A DNA stretch of 62,938 nt, counting the filler, from Lenisia limosa (Eukaryota; Protista; Breviatea): assembly GCA_001655205.1 (NCBI GenBank). It is 12 parts of 12 records of this genome, joined end to end, with 100 filler letters (N's around TTAATTAATTAA, not from the genome) between each part and the next. Parts side by side here need not be neighbours in the genome. Positions count along the whole stretch, not along the records: positions 38,163 to 47,546 come from LPNZ01007820.1; positions 47,647 to 48,968 come from LPNZ01004130.1; positions 49,069 to 50,559 come from LPNZ01009848.1; positions 50,660 to 52,969 come from LPNZ01008840.1; 8 more parts are not named here. One strand, written 5' to 3'. Position numbers and translations under genes: made by a program. Positions 38,163 through 50,732 of this stretch are shown here, piece by piece. The notes below the pieces were generated by a model. That model searched no databases, was not told the DNA's origin, and saw only the letters and a list, made by a program, of their open reading frames with translations. Position 1 is the stretch's first letter; each line of letters begins with the position of its first letter.

Positions 38163-41100
38163 GCACCGAGAGAAGACAGGACCAGAGCCGAAATTGTGGC
38201 CATGGCCTCACCATGAAGCACTGCACTTTGGAGGGGGGTGGGGGCTACAAGGGTTAAAGCTTGTACTCTAATTGAGTTGAGATAGAGAATCCCCTGGTCA
38301 TAAAAGCAAAAATAAATAATCATGAAAATCAGACTTTGGATCTGAAGAGAGCTCAGGTTGAGTGCGTCATTTGAAGATGTCAAGTTCCCACTGCATATTG
38401 GGCGATGTTCCAGCCATCCTCCCATAACGGGGGGTGATACCCAATCTGGGGGGGGGGGGNNNNNNNNNNNNNNNNNNNNNNNNNNNNNNNNNNNNNNNNN
38501 NNNNNNNNNNNNNNNNNNNNNNNNNNNNNNNNNNNNNNNNNNNNNNNNNNNNNNNNNNNNNNNNNNNNNNNNNNNNNNNNNNNNNNNNNNNNNNNNNNNN
38601 NNNNNNNNNNNNNNNNAAATAAAGAAATAGCAGTCTGGTAATAAGGGCTACTACAATAGTCTCTCCCATGAATGCGAGCGTTTTTTTTTAAAAAAATCAC
38701 AATGACTAGTCCTTTGCCCCCAACCATCGCATGAGTAACAGGCATCGGCCACATTAGCTTGTGTGGAAGCCGTGTATCGCGGAAGGGGTCTTGTCAAAAC
38801 ATTGGTGAGCATTTCGATGAAGGGGGAGAAAACTGAGTTGCGTAGGGTGCTGATGTGGTGGTTGTGGTCAGCAAGAGCTGCAAATGTGAGATCAAGGGTT
38901 CTGTAGCATAATGAACAATTAGATTGGTTAAACATTCACTTTTCAAAAAGAGTGTCACAGCGAGAACCAAGGAGGATGGAATATCTTCAGAGTAGAGAAG
39001 GGCAATTCTAAAAAGTCAATGAAAGGAACAAAAGCATCACTGAAAACGGTATAGTCATTGTTTATCAACGTAACAAAGCAAAACCTCCCAACTTTTTTAC
39101 ACACTCCGTTGAAGGGATGAATCCGTCCTGAGGGTTCAAAAGAAAAAGCACCAAAGAACTAAGAAGAGGTTTTTCATATTTCTTACAACTACCTTTCTCT
39201 TTAACATCCAAAAAAAAACATACAGATATTCTGATTAATATTGAGAAATCCAGCCAGCACACCTCCACCAGAGAAGCCAGGACATAACACCACGTTGATC
39301 CAGCTGAAGAGGAGCATGGAGCCACAATGGCTCCGTCATCAGACTTGTCCAGGGTGGCAAAGAGCACCCGGGTGAATGCGGGGGACGGTTGGAGGGCCCA
39401 TAAGCTACTCGCGGCCTGGGGTGGGAGAGTTATGAAAGAAGCATAATAAATATCAACTTTGCTGGTTAGTCATCTCAAGGTTTTCAAGAAAAGCCTTGAT
39501 TCCACGCATCATTGGTTTGTTCGCAAATCCAGGATTCAGCCCCGATTGGACTCACCGCGAGAGCAATAGAAGGGACCGCGTGGCTAGAGGCGGCAATCAA
39601 ACGACCACATAACTTCTCGAGTCCAGAGAACCTGAAAAGTTAGACGTCATTGAGCTCCTTCTNNNNNNNNNNNNNNNNNNNNNNNNNNNNNNNNNNNNNN
39701 NNNNNNNNNNNNNNNNNNNNNNNNNNNNNNNNNNNNNNNNNNNNNNNNNNNNNNNNNNNNNNNNNNNNNNNNNNNNNNNNNNNNNNNNNNNNNNNNNNNN
39801 NNNNNNGCAGTGACGTGGCAAGACAAGTCAGATCGTAGAGGAAACCCGAATGATCTGCCCTGGCGATAGTGAGAGGAAAATGCGAGGGCTGCCCATTGGT
39901 ACACAAAAGCTGGAATAACGCCTCATCTACATATCATATCATATACTATATCATATCATATAGTATATATATATATACTATATATAATATGATATATATA
40001 ATATTATCATCTAGTTTATTACATACATGTATACTATATATATGCTTTACATTAATATCAATCCATCAATCATATTATGACAGTATCAGGCATATGAAAT
40101 GAAGTCAAAATGAGAGCAAAAAGTAACAGAGAAATACTGTTAACGCACCTCAGTGTTTGAACGGACTTGAGTTGTGACTGTGAAAACATTTGTGTTGTCA
40201 CTTCCAGCGCACTTGATACATTGCAATCCGAGAAAAACTGGAATGTCAGAGAAAAGGAAAGTTATTGTAGCTATGTACTCAAGTGACAAAAGAATTTCCT
40301 TGTCTGCTGTCCCCCCCCCCCCNNNNNNNNNNNNNNNNNNNNNNNNNNNNNNNNNNNNNNNNNNNNNNNNNNNNNNNNNNNNNNNNNNNNNNNNNNNNNN
40401 NNNNNNNNNNNNNNNNGGTAGGAGTCAATACGGAATTAGGCTGCAGTGATCTGGTTTCACTCTAAATGAACATGAGATCTTGCATACATCTCATAGTATA
40501 ACTTCTGTTATTAAACCTTAATTGTCTGAAGAAGGATTGTTCTTGTCTGAGACATCTCTTCGACAAAAAAGGCTCAACTTACCTTTAAAATGGTCTGAAG
40601 GTACTTGATTAGTATTTGTGATTTGTGTGGGTTCCTCACACGCGCTTCCAAACCTTGGTTATTGAGTGTAAGAAGTGAATAATCCAAGAGTTTCACTAAA
40701 GAACGCAATTATATATAGCAATGAGAAATAAAAACTAAGGTAGTATCTGGCCGAATCCGCCCACACCATCATGCTTTTTAGGGATATTGGATTGTAGATA
40801 AATCCTTAATAACAAATACAGTGAGATTTCTGGAGGGGACCAGTTCCCGAAAGCTACTTTTGTAGGAAGAGATCATCGCATGGAGAAGACGGAGACTTGA
40901 AGGCACAATAGGGTCATCATGATTGACGGTTGATCTTAAAGATGAGCATAACCACAGGGCTACTCGTCTCCATTTAGGGCTTCACTACGGTCCGAAAAAG
41001 ACCATCAAAATATCAATATTTATCGAGAATTTATCGAGAAATTCAGTCTTTTTCGGACCTTGGAAGCTCTACTAACCCCATTAGAATTTAAATTTGGTTT

Positions 41101-42700
41101 TCTCTCACCGTCCACTATCTTAACTCTGCAGAAATAAAATAAAACACCATAAAGAGCAAAGTGTACCCCACATATTGTCAACAACGAGGTCCACCAAAGC
41201 GGCTAGGTCGGGGTTCGGCTGTGCGGGCGGCGGCGTAGGTACTACAGATGAGATCTTGGGGATCGGAAGGAGCACTCTGGAGAGGATATCGGCTGCATTC
41301 TGTCGGCAATTTAGCAAAATGAAACATACTTAATTATTTGGTAAAATATATTCATGTTATCTTAACTATCCTATCAAGGTTGTATTTAGGAGATTTGCAA
41401 GAGATATTATATTTGAACTCAAATTCACCCAATCATTTGCCTTTACCACAGTCACTGTATATCCACTCAATTTCTCTGGTTTTTTTTTTGCTATGTAGCG
41501 CCTACCGGGTCCCAAGAAGCGCACGAAAGGAGATGCGATGTCAATGCGTCAGTAGCACCCAGAGTCACCAGCGACACTGAGACAAATGGCACTCCAGCTG
41601 AACCGTCATGGACATTAATAAGATGAAACCGTCACGGACATTAATAAGCCCATTAACTCAATGGTCTTCGCTCACCAAAACTCAGCAATATCTCGGCAGC
41701 AAGGTTCCGGAAGCTCCTCCAATCTTCTGAGTCCACAACCTGGGCCACAGTCCACTGCAGCACAATCCGCAGACTTGCCTCAAGCCTAAAATCGGTTACA
41801 TCCGTAACATCAGTAAAACGTTACAAGAATCTTGTCACTCTATTCAAATCACGTGTAGCAATTCTGTATGTTCATATACTTCCAATATGACTAGGGCTTC
41901 ACTTCGGTTCGAAAATAGCGGTAAAATGTCGATAGTTTCCTAGGATTTATCGAGAAACTCAGTCTTTTTTTGAACCGAAGTGAAGCCCTAAATTTAACGC
42001 GTCAAGACCTTCCCCCCGACATATGGTCCTACCTATGTGTATTTGTTTCCCTTTTCTTGTATTCAATATATAGCAATGTGAAATAAAAAAATAAAGATGT
42101 ATCTGGACGAAGCCGTCATATTTTTTTTTAAAAAAAGAAATATGACTCACCAAGGTCCGTCCAGTTCTTTGTGGCAGTTTCGCGGTGGAATATTCGACAA
42201 ACTATCAGCCACGCGCTGCAGAATAACATGTGGAAGGGAAGAATGTAAACCCATATCCATAAGTGATATGTTAACCCATATCCATTAGTGAGATGATCAT
42301 ATAAGTCGAAATGATGAAGAAGATGACACGAGGTTCACCCCGAGAGTATCAGAGTATCATTGAGACTTGTCGGTCAATTATCATACGAGTGGGTATCATA
42401 TCACTGCGTGGAAAATAAAGTTCACACGTGTGAAAATGATCCAAAAAGTGATATAAAAATAATAAATAATAAAAGGGGATCTGTCAAAAGAAGATAGTAG
42501 GAGGAATAACCTTCAAAGCAAGTGGACCAGGGCCAAGAAGGGCTTACCGTTCCGGCCGAAAGAGCATATGAAGTGAACGTTTCGGCCGAGCTCAGCGACG
42601 CAAGCGCTTGCATGGCTGACCCAACGCCAACGCTGTCCATTGTGCTATTCTTTCTTCTGTCCTGCTCTCTTCCTACTTCACCAATCTGAGCCTCACATAC
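38163..42700 (-). CDS. Unidentified large multi-exon protein, helical-repeat-like (may be more than one gene)
   Basis: Minus-strand exon candidates encode SAVLHGEAMATISALVLSSLG, NSVFSPFIEMLTNVLTRPLPRY, WCYVLASLVE, SLRLLHAMISSYK, NAADILSRVLLPIP...DLAALVDLVVDNMW; no family assigned. Confidence 0.45.
40705..40800 (-). mobile_element. Family C repeat (further copies at about 41370-41450 and 42065-42120)
   Basis: atatagcaatgagaaataaaaactaaggtagtatctggccgaatccgcccacaccatca. Confidence 0.8.
40975..41071. mobile_element. Family A MITE
   Basis: TAGGGCTTCACTACGGTCCGAAAAAG...CTTTTTCGGACCTTGGAAGCTCTA. Confidence 0.8.
41892..41990. mobile_element. Family A MITE, best-preserved copy
   Basis: TAGGGCTTCACTTCGGTTCGAAAA...TTTTGAACCGAAGTGAAGCCCTA; near-perfect TIRs of about 22 nt with TA ends. 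Confidence 0.92.
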
Positions 42701-43258
42701 AGCCTCTTGAAGAATGGGGCTGCAGTGGCTGGGGAACAATAGGCACAAGCTAAGGGGAAGAGGGAGAAGCGAGGGAGAAGCGCTAAAAGGGAGGAGTTGG
42801 CGAATGGAAAATGGAGGGACCCCGACCCCGTGGGAGGACTTGGTGTGGGGAGTCGGTGGGGAGTGTGGAAGTGTGGAGGGAGTGTGGAGGGACTGTGATG
42901 ATGTCAAGGATCAAGGCCGCAGATGCCAAGATGTCAAAAAGGTTAAAGGGATGTTGAGGCAGGTTGAAGGGTGTTGAGTGGATGGAAGTTTTACCTGAGG
43001 TTTAACCGCCGACCGCAACGAGCATGCCAGCCAACAAGAGGGGGGGGGGGGGGNNNNNNNNNNNNNNNNNNNNNNNNNNNNNNNNNNNNNNNNNNNNNNN
43101 NNNNNNNNNNNNNNNNNNNNNNNNNNNNNNNNNNNNNNNNNNNNNNNNNNNNNNNNNNNNNNNNNNNNGTTCTCCTTTCTTTGTCGCTAATTTTGACGAC
43201 CACCCAACCACCCACGTACCAGGACCTCAGTAATACGCAAAAGGAAGGCTATTTAATC

Positions 43259-46200
43259 ATGAAAGTATCTTTCATGAAACTATGCCTGTTTCTGTTCCTG
43301 TGTTCTGCTGGTTAGTTTTTTGCTTTGTTAGATGTTCCATAAAAGGATTTGGGTGGAGCAGTTTTTTTGTTTTTGTTTTGGCTGCTGAGGCCTAAGTGAC
43401 CTGGTCTTATAGTGATGACTGCGACGATTGTTATTAGAAAATGCACATGTGCAGTATCAGTATTTCAGTATATAGCAATTTCCATGGAGAAAGCTAAGAC
43501 GTTGCGTTTTTCTCAAGTCTAAATCTGTAAACACATTTTTATTTCATATTTTTAATCTGACAGCGTGAGATTTTGTTTTATCTGTCTAGGCTTTGCTGCG
43601 GTTTCTGTGGAAAATGGATCCCTCAATTGGTATGCGTTTGGGTGATTGAGCGGTGGTGGCTGGCTTGGGCTTGTTTTTTAGTTTTGTGTTTTTGTATTCT
43701 GGCTTTTGTCTAGTTAGCGTTGGTTGCTCATGTTTGTTATTGCTTGTTTTTTTGTTTTTTGTTTGTTGGAGTTTCAGTTTATTCGGTTTATTACTTTTAC
43801 GCCTATCTCCCCCCCCCCACAGAGTTAATCTGGCTTTTTTTTTGTTTTGTTTTGTACGCTGGGGTGATGGGATGCGGTGCTGCNNNNNNNNNNNNNNNNN
43901 NNNNNNNNNNNNNNNNNNNNNNNNNNNNNNNNNNNNNNNNNNNNNNNNNNNNNNNNNNNNNNNNNNNNNNNNNNNNNNNNNNNNNNNNNNNNNNNNNNNN
44001 NNNNNNATTTTACTCCCCCCTCCTCCCAGCGCCTCTGCAACTGAGTGTACTGTTCTATGTGACGAAGTTGAGGCCGTGCCGTCGCACACCACCATTAACC
44101 CCCTGAGTGCCAGCTTCCAATCCAACAAAGAGACCGTTTTTTGCCTTAGTGGGGGGGGGGGTGCAATAGTTTATCAAATTACTGCAATTCTCCGTACGTT
44201 GGAGTGATGGCTGGGCTTCGTGTGTTGTGTTATCAACCTTCGTGTGTTGTAAGCCAACAGAGTTTTCCAATTTTACCTCACTTAGCAATTTCAGATTGGA
44301 AGTCTAGAGTTCTGGACTCCCGTCAAGTTTTTTTTTTTAAAAAAATAATACCCATATTTTTCACCAAAATGACTTACAATAAACATTTTTTTGATTAAAA
44401 ACTCAGAATATACATAAATAAACTCAATGAAGTCAGCTACATTTTATGTAGTGTAGATAATGGACTTTGTTTGTTTTGCCTTGAAACAGTCAGGACTGAT
44501 GCTTGTTTGTACTTAATTATAAATATTTTTTTTTTTGTTGTTTTTAACCCTGGTGTAGCCAATGGAGGTGTTTTTNNNNNNNNNNNNNNNNNNNNNNNNN
44601 NNNNNNNNNNNNNNNNNNNNNNNNNNNNNNNNNNNNNNNNNNNNNNNNNNNNNNNNNNNNNNNNNNNNNNNNNNNNNNNNNNNNNNNNNNNNNNNNNCGC
44701 GTTCCTTGCCAATGAAGATGTTGTCATTCACATGGAGACGGAGGACAGCCCTGGCTCCACAGTGCTCACTGGGGTGTGTGGGCACTGCAGGTCTTAGAAT
44801 GTCGATGAGTATTACTAGTTGTTTGGGACTTGTAAACACATTCCGTTAACATCCAGTTATTCCTTCTTTTCTGTTGTTCACAGCTCCAGTTTAACCTTAC
44901 CGCTCGTGTCATTGTTCTCGGAAATGGTGGTTTTGCCATGAATTTTGTATGGGGGGGGGGGGGACGCNNNNNNNNNNNNNNNNNNNNNNNNNNNNNNNNN
45001 NNNNNNNNNNNNNNNNNNNNNNNNNNNNNNNNNNNNNNNNNNNNNNNNNNNTGGGGGGTCATCGTACGTAATGGGGAGTCAATATTTAGTTTATTTGACA
45101 TTTTAGAACGACATTAACATTTACGGCATTCTCATTTTCCGTAGCATCAACATCTATGGTCAACGTAAGAGGAATCTCTTGTTAGATTAGCTTAATCTTT
45201 TATAAACCACGCGTACTTCCAGAAACAGTTTATCACATGTGTATGTTATTATGGTCTACCTCCTGACATTGGTGGTGTCACAGTATAGTGTCAATGAACC
45301 CTAGAATTATAATTTTGAGAGCTCTTTTTGTTGATTGATTTTTCAGTCAACCTGCCGGGCTTCACCACCTTTGATGGAGGAGTACGTGGGGTGTAAAATG
45401 GTTTCATCGATGAGTCATATCATATTATTTATCTCAAATCAGAAAATTGGCTCGGTCGGACAGTCCTTCCCTTAGATAAATTGACTCAAATAGTCAATTT
45501 CTTATGAAAATCACTTTCAATTTTCGTAAATTTNNNNNNNNNNNNNNNNNNNNNNNNNNNNNNNNNNNNNNNNNNNNNNNNNNNNNNNNNNNNNNNNNNN
45601 NNNNNNNNNNNNNNNNNNNNNNNNNNNNNNNNNNNNNNNNGTCATAACGAATCCCCTGATATTAGATGGTGATATAATGTAATGGACTCTCTGTGAAGAA
45701 ACCTGACAGTTTAGCTTGTCCTCTTTGATTCGACCGTTCTTTACAGTAACAGTTTCATTGACACTTATCAAGGTATTTGCAACGTTAATTTTTGGGGGCT
45801 GACATTGGCTTCTAATTAATTGATAAATATCCCCCCGTTATCCTCAATCATGTTGATAGAATGGGGCGAAGGGGAAGAAGGGCCCGGTTTTATCAAAAAC
45901 ACCCATTACTTTGTTGCAGGTCTATTACGCTTTCCCAATCTAACCCTTATAGTGAGCCAGACTTTGGTTGTCGAAGGCGGCGGTTTGATGGTGTTCCGTA
46001 AGTCTAACTTGGCTATCAATCAAATTGTAAGCAAACAGGGGGTTGACAACAAAAGTGTTAATATTGCATGTTTTGTGGATGGCTTCAGCTAGGGACTCCT
46101 ATTTATTTCCCGCCCCCAGCATCAAAGAAGTTTGGCAGTCAACACCACTGCCCTGGTCCAAGTGAACGCTGGAGGAGAAGTCATTATGGAGGACTCTTAT

Positions 46201-47483
46201 TTCTCCGCGGTGGGGAAGGAAGGGGAGGGGGGGCTATTCGAATGCGTTTGTTCCGCTGATTATGGTAATTGTCTCTCGTTCTTATGTTTAATTTAAGGCA
46301 TAATACTCTTTTACTTACGCTAAAGAGAGGAAACCCCAACTCCTACACAGGTACCCAAGACGAACTAGTTGTCCTTGGAGGTGAAGGTGACGTAACTGTC
46401 ACAAATGTAGGAAGGGAAGGATTGTTGGGTAATTACATTCCAGCGTCTGTTGTGTAATGCAATAACCTTTTAGTCGTTCATACAAGTGACCTACAACTTC
46501 GTCGTATCTAATGTAGGTAATATAGCAATGGAAAATTAGGATGTATCTGGCCGAAATCGTCCACACCATCACGCTTATAAGAGATACTGGATTACAGTGT
46601 AATTAATTCACCCAATCATTNNNNNNNNNNNNNNNNNNNNNNNNNNNNNNNNNNNNNNNNNNNNNNNNNNNNNNNNNNNNNNNNGCTTTCTGCGTGCCTC
46701 CCCAGCATACTGTTCAAATGGACTTTTTAATTTCACTCTTTATACGAGAAGCACATATTATATTATTGTAATAGTATATAGTAGTTATGATATATAGCTA
46801 TTATGATACTATTTGATATCATGATATCATGACCAAAAAGAAGTGATGTGGCATATTAAGTGTTTATAATGGTGGGTGGACCTCCGGGGGACCTTACATG
46901 GTGGGTGCGGTGAACCAAGTTTGTGCCATTATATATTTTTCACGTTTGAAGGTGACTATTGTGGCTGCGAGGAAGGTGGTCATTGACAACTCCATCATCA
47001 CCACTGACATTAATTCTGTAAGATGGAAGAGAGAGGGGGTAGTGAAAGTATTATGGTTATTGATGATGCAAGTTGCCTCTATTTATTGAAGATGAAAAAC
47101 AGTGCTTACTTACCCCTTCAGGCATATACCAATCTTGCTGTCTTCTCCATTGCCGAGGAAATGATCATTAACAACCTTCAAGTTCAGATCCTGTGGGGGG
47201 GTCAAGGAATCATATGGTAGAATTAAGGCTTCATTTCTTCAATACAAACAAAGTTGAGAATCAACGAGTATGGAGAGTATGTCGTGGTTCACCACCCAGG
47301 TCGACCTCCTTAGGAAGTGCCAGCTCCGTTACCGTTTTCTCTGCCACTCAGGCCAAACTCAATGGAACAGTTTGGGGGAATCCTGGTGACTCCATTCAGA
47401 AAGGTATGACTGATTCCCTTTAGATGCAAGCCGTAACTATCGACTTCGCTGCAGAGGATGATGCTGCATTTTACATCTCTGAT
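43259..47483 (+). CDS. Secreted or surface protein with beta-strand-rich repeats, 3'-partial (may continue beyond the linker at 47591)
   Basis: Signal-peptide-like first exon MKVSFMKLCLFLFLCSA; later exons LQFNLTARVIVLGNGGFAMNF, GLLRFPNLTLIVSQTLVVEGGGLMVF, LAVNTTALVQVNAGGEVIMEDSYFS, VTIVAARKVVIDNSIITTDINS; several N-x-S/T sequons. Confidence 0.55.
43665..43823 (+). mobile_element. Family D repeat, long form
   Basis: ggcttgtttt...tagcgttggttgctcatgtttgttattgcttg...gagtttcagtttattcggtttattacttttacgcc..cccccccccacag. Confidence 0.7.
44200..44285 (+). mobile_element. Family B repeat, internally deleted, ending at a predicted acceptor
   Basis: ttggagtgatggctgggcttcg...atcaaccttcgtgtgttgtaagccaacagagttttccaattttacctcacttAG. 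Confidence 0.75.
46520..46710 (-). mobile_element. Family C repeat, antisense to its host gene, partly in a gap
   Basis: atatagcaatgg...gtatctggccgaaatcgtccacaccatcacgcttataagagatac...cccaatcatt NNN gctttctgcgtgcctccccagcatac. Confidence 0.85.
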
Positions 47484-48022
47484 GTCGGTTTCTTTTGTTT
47501 TTTTTGGGGAGTAAAATTGGAAAATTATGAAACAAAAAAGAAAAACNNNNNNNNNNNNNNNNNNNNNNNNNNNNNNNNNNNNNNNNNNNNTTAATTAATT
47601 AANNNNNNNNNNNNNNNNNNNNNNNNNNNNNNNNNNNNNNNNNNNNAGGGGCAAGTTAGAATTATTAAGTGGGAGGGATGGTAAGCTAATTTGGGGGAGA
47701 AAATGGAACATTTAAACACAACCATGATCATTGTTACAACAGAGACTCTTCTGCAGAACAACATTTCTCAGGTATATTTGAAGTAATGAATTAGATTGGG
47801 GTAGAGAGTAATAGATAATTAGTTTTAATATCCCAATCCAAACCCTAACAATTTCCAGGCTTTATTTGAAGGATTCACCAGAGCAGCCAGCAACTACTGC
47901 GCTTTTATTGTGGGGGGGGGGCGGAGATCGTTTTTGGTATTTTTTTATTATTATTCTATCCTCCCCTAATCAGCTATACATATGTGTATGACATATAATT
48001 TAAGTGTCTGTTACTACATTCC

Positions 48023-48118
48023 TTGGGCTCCACTTTGGTTCTAAAAAACCAGGAAAACATCAATAGGTTTCGAGGATTTATCGAGAAATGTAGTCTTTTT
48101 TCGAACCGAAAAGCCCTA
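48023..48118. mobile_element. Family A MITE
   Basis: TTGGGCTCCACTTTGGTTCTAAAAA...TTTTTCGAACCGAAAAGCCCTA. Confidence 0.8.
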
Positions 48119-48239
48119 CATACATTCCCTCAATATTTGCCAGATTTAACCCCTTTAGTGGCTATGAGTTCAACAGAACCTATGTCAGTGGCGTGGCTCA
48201 TACTGATGCGCTGTGCTTAACAAATGGACGATCGTAGGA

Positions 48240-48360
48240 GGGGGTGGGAAAAAGCCCAAAATCAACTCTGTTGGCTGACAGCACACGAAGGTTGAGAGCA
48301 ACAAAACAAAAACAAAGCCCAGGCCAGTCGATTCTGCAGCACCACATCCCATCGCTCCAG
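48240..48360 (-). mobile_element. Family B repeat, near full length, probably antisense to its host
   Basis: Minus strand ctggagcgatgggatgtggtgctgcagaatcgactggcctgggctttg...gtgtgctgtcagccaacagagttgattttgggctttttcccacccc. Confidence 0.85.
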
Positions 48361-49069
48361 TGTACGTTAAGAGCTACTTACCTCAATGAAAGTAACGGTT
48401 TCTATTTATTCTAATAACCGTTAATTGTAAAAAAAAAAAAAAAAAAAANNNNNNNNNNNNNNNNNNNNNNNNNNNNNNNNNNNNNNNNNNNNNNNNNNNN
48501 NNNNNNNNNNNNNNNNNNNNNNNNNNNNNNNNNNTTGTTTTGTTTTTGTTTTTATCGTCTTTTACCCCTCCACCAGCATGACATTTTCATTATTTCATTT
48601 CGCTGACGCCCTTAGTTCAACAAGTAATTCGGCGATGAAATCCAAAACCGTCACAAAGCTTGGCCACTTAATTGCTCATGAAGTGGGGTAGACGTTTAAA
48701 CTTAAGCCCTAACCCTATCCCCATTACCCCCACACGTGTACACTTTGCTTTAAACGAGAGCATGGTGATACGCGGCTTGTTATCATTCACCTTATCATGT
48801 GTATATTGATACGGTCCTCTGCACTTATCCCCTCCAAAACACAACTGTACCATATATATACATATAATATGTATTTTCTCGTTAAATCGTCCGCTCCAGT
48901 TCCTTTTTTATATAAGTGGCCGAGTTTGGCCTTGACCGCGTATTTGGCCTTGACCGCGTATCTGGCCTNNNNNNNNNNNNNNNNNNNNNNNNNNNNNNNN
49001 NNNNNNNNNNNNTTAATTAATTAANNNNNNNNNNNNNNNNNNNNNNNNNNNNNNNNNNNNNNNNNNNNA

Positions 49070-49230
49070 AATTTTATGAAGCAAACAAAAAAAAATTTAA
49101 AAATAAATGTCCAAAATCAACTCTGTTGGCAAGACGGGGGTTGAACAACTAAACAAACAAAGCCCAGGCAAGTCTCTTCTGCAGCACATCCCATCACTCC
49201 AGCGTGTAAAAATGGAAAATTTGTGAATAA
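49070..49230 (-). mobile_element. Family B repeat preceded by another B 3' tail
   Basis: Minus strand ttcacaaattttccatttttacacgctggagtgatgggatgtgctgcagaagagacttgcctgggc...gccaacagagttgatttt...cttcataaaattt. Confidence 0.8.
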
Positions 49231-49817
49231 AAACCTCAAAACTTCCCTCAAAACCCCTCAAAAACCCCCCAAAACACCCGCTAACGCCAGACGCACGAGA
49301 GTTTCTGATGACCTTCTCATGGGTGGTCTAAAGCGTGAGGAAGATGAAAAGGTTAGGAGAAAGATAGGAAAAATGAGGGAAAATGGTGGTGGAGGAAGAT
49401 GAGAAATAAAAGTGGTGGAGAAAGACGGGAAAGGTGGTAAAAGCGTCAGCGAAGAGTAAAAATGGACAACTGCTAAGAAATATATCCAGAATCACTGTTG
49501 GCTAATAATTTGGGTAATGTCTAAAGGGGGGNNNNNNNNNNNNNNNNNNNNNNNNNNNNNNNNNNNNNNNNNNNNNNNNNNNNNNNNNNNNNNNNNNNNN
49601 NNNNNNNNNNNNNNNNNNNNNNNNNNNNNNNNNNNNNNNNNNNNNNNNNNNNNNNNNNNNNNNNNNNNNNNNNNNNNNNNNNNNNNNNNNNNNNNNNNNN
49701 NNNNNNNNNNNNNNNNNNNNNNNNNNNNNNACACTCTTTGTCGCTTTCCGATTAAGTACCCAACGGTCAGGCTACTTACCACGCCAATTACCAGTAAAAC
49801 CTGAGGACGTTACAATG

Positions 49818-49905
49818 AGGGCTTCACTGTGGTTAAAGACAGAATTTCTCGATAAATCCTCAAAAACAATATTGTTTATGTCTTTTTTTTACCGAAGTTA
49901 AGCCC
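49818..49905. mobile_element. Family A MITE
   Basis: agggcttcactgtggttaaagacagaatttctcgataaatcctc...accgaagttaagccc. Confidence 0.75.
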
Positions 49906-50732
49906 GAGTATCATGTGAGTATGCATACCTTCAAAAACTATAATATTTTCAGATGATGTGGTTTTATTTCAAAAATAACCCCACACCAGGACAATCTGTT
50001 CCTCCAGGATTCTGAAGAGGGCAACCCAGTCGTCTATTTCGGTAGTTGATGCGACTCCTAAAACAATAATTGAGAAAATAAAAATGAGGGTTAATGAATT
50101 AGTATTCGTATTAGCCATTGAGATCACATTGTATATAATATAACAATGGGAAATAAAAAAATAAGGTTNNNNNNNNNNNNNNNNNNNNNNNNNNNNNNNN
50201 NNNNNNNNNNNNNNNNNNNNNNNNNNNNNNNNNNNNNNNNNNNNNNNNNNNNNNNNNNNNNNNNNNNNAGAATACGATTGGGTGGTTATAGGGCTTCAAA
50301 AGAGTCCAAAAAAGACGGGCAAAACAATATTTATCGAGGACATCGAGGAGAGAGAGAGAAAGGGTTTAGCAGGAGTAAAAATGGAAAATTATATGACACA
50401 GAAAAGTCAAAATCAACTCTGACAAAAAACACAATCTGAGTTAAAAGCAACCCTCTTACCCAGACAGAAAAGAGCGCAGAATACTGCCAATACAGCGAAA
50501 AAGGAGAAGACAATTACAGGGTTGCTGAGCCCTTGCTTCACCTGGGGAGGGGGGGGGGANNNNNNNNNNNNNNNNNNNNNNNNNNNNNNNNNNNNNNNNN
50601 NNNTTAATTAATTAANNNNNNNNNNNNNNNNNNNNNNNNNNNNNNNNNNNNNNNNNNNNGGCAATAGGGGGAGGGACCCTGGCTTTTTTATATTTCATAA
50701 TAGTCCCATTTTTATCCCCCTCTCCCCCTCAG

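Noticed and set aside
39930-40085. AT-rich atatcat stretches (also about 46770 and 62160) as origins or a distinct element
   Set aside because: Simple low-complexity intronic sequence without defined ends.
43586-44207. Long ORFs on both strands (180 and 184 aa)
   Set aside because: They are translations of family D and B repeats and of N gaps.
47500-50440. Claim that family B is always sense to its host gene
   Set aside because: Copies at about 47500, 48240, 49070 and 50380 appear antisense to predicted plus-strand exons.
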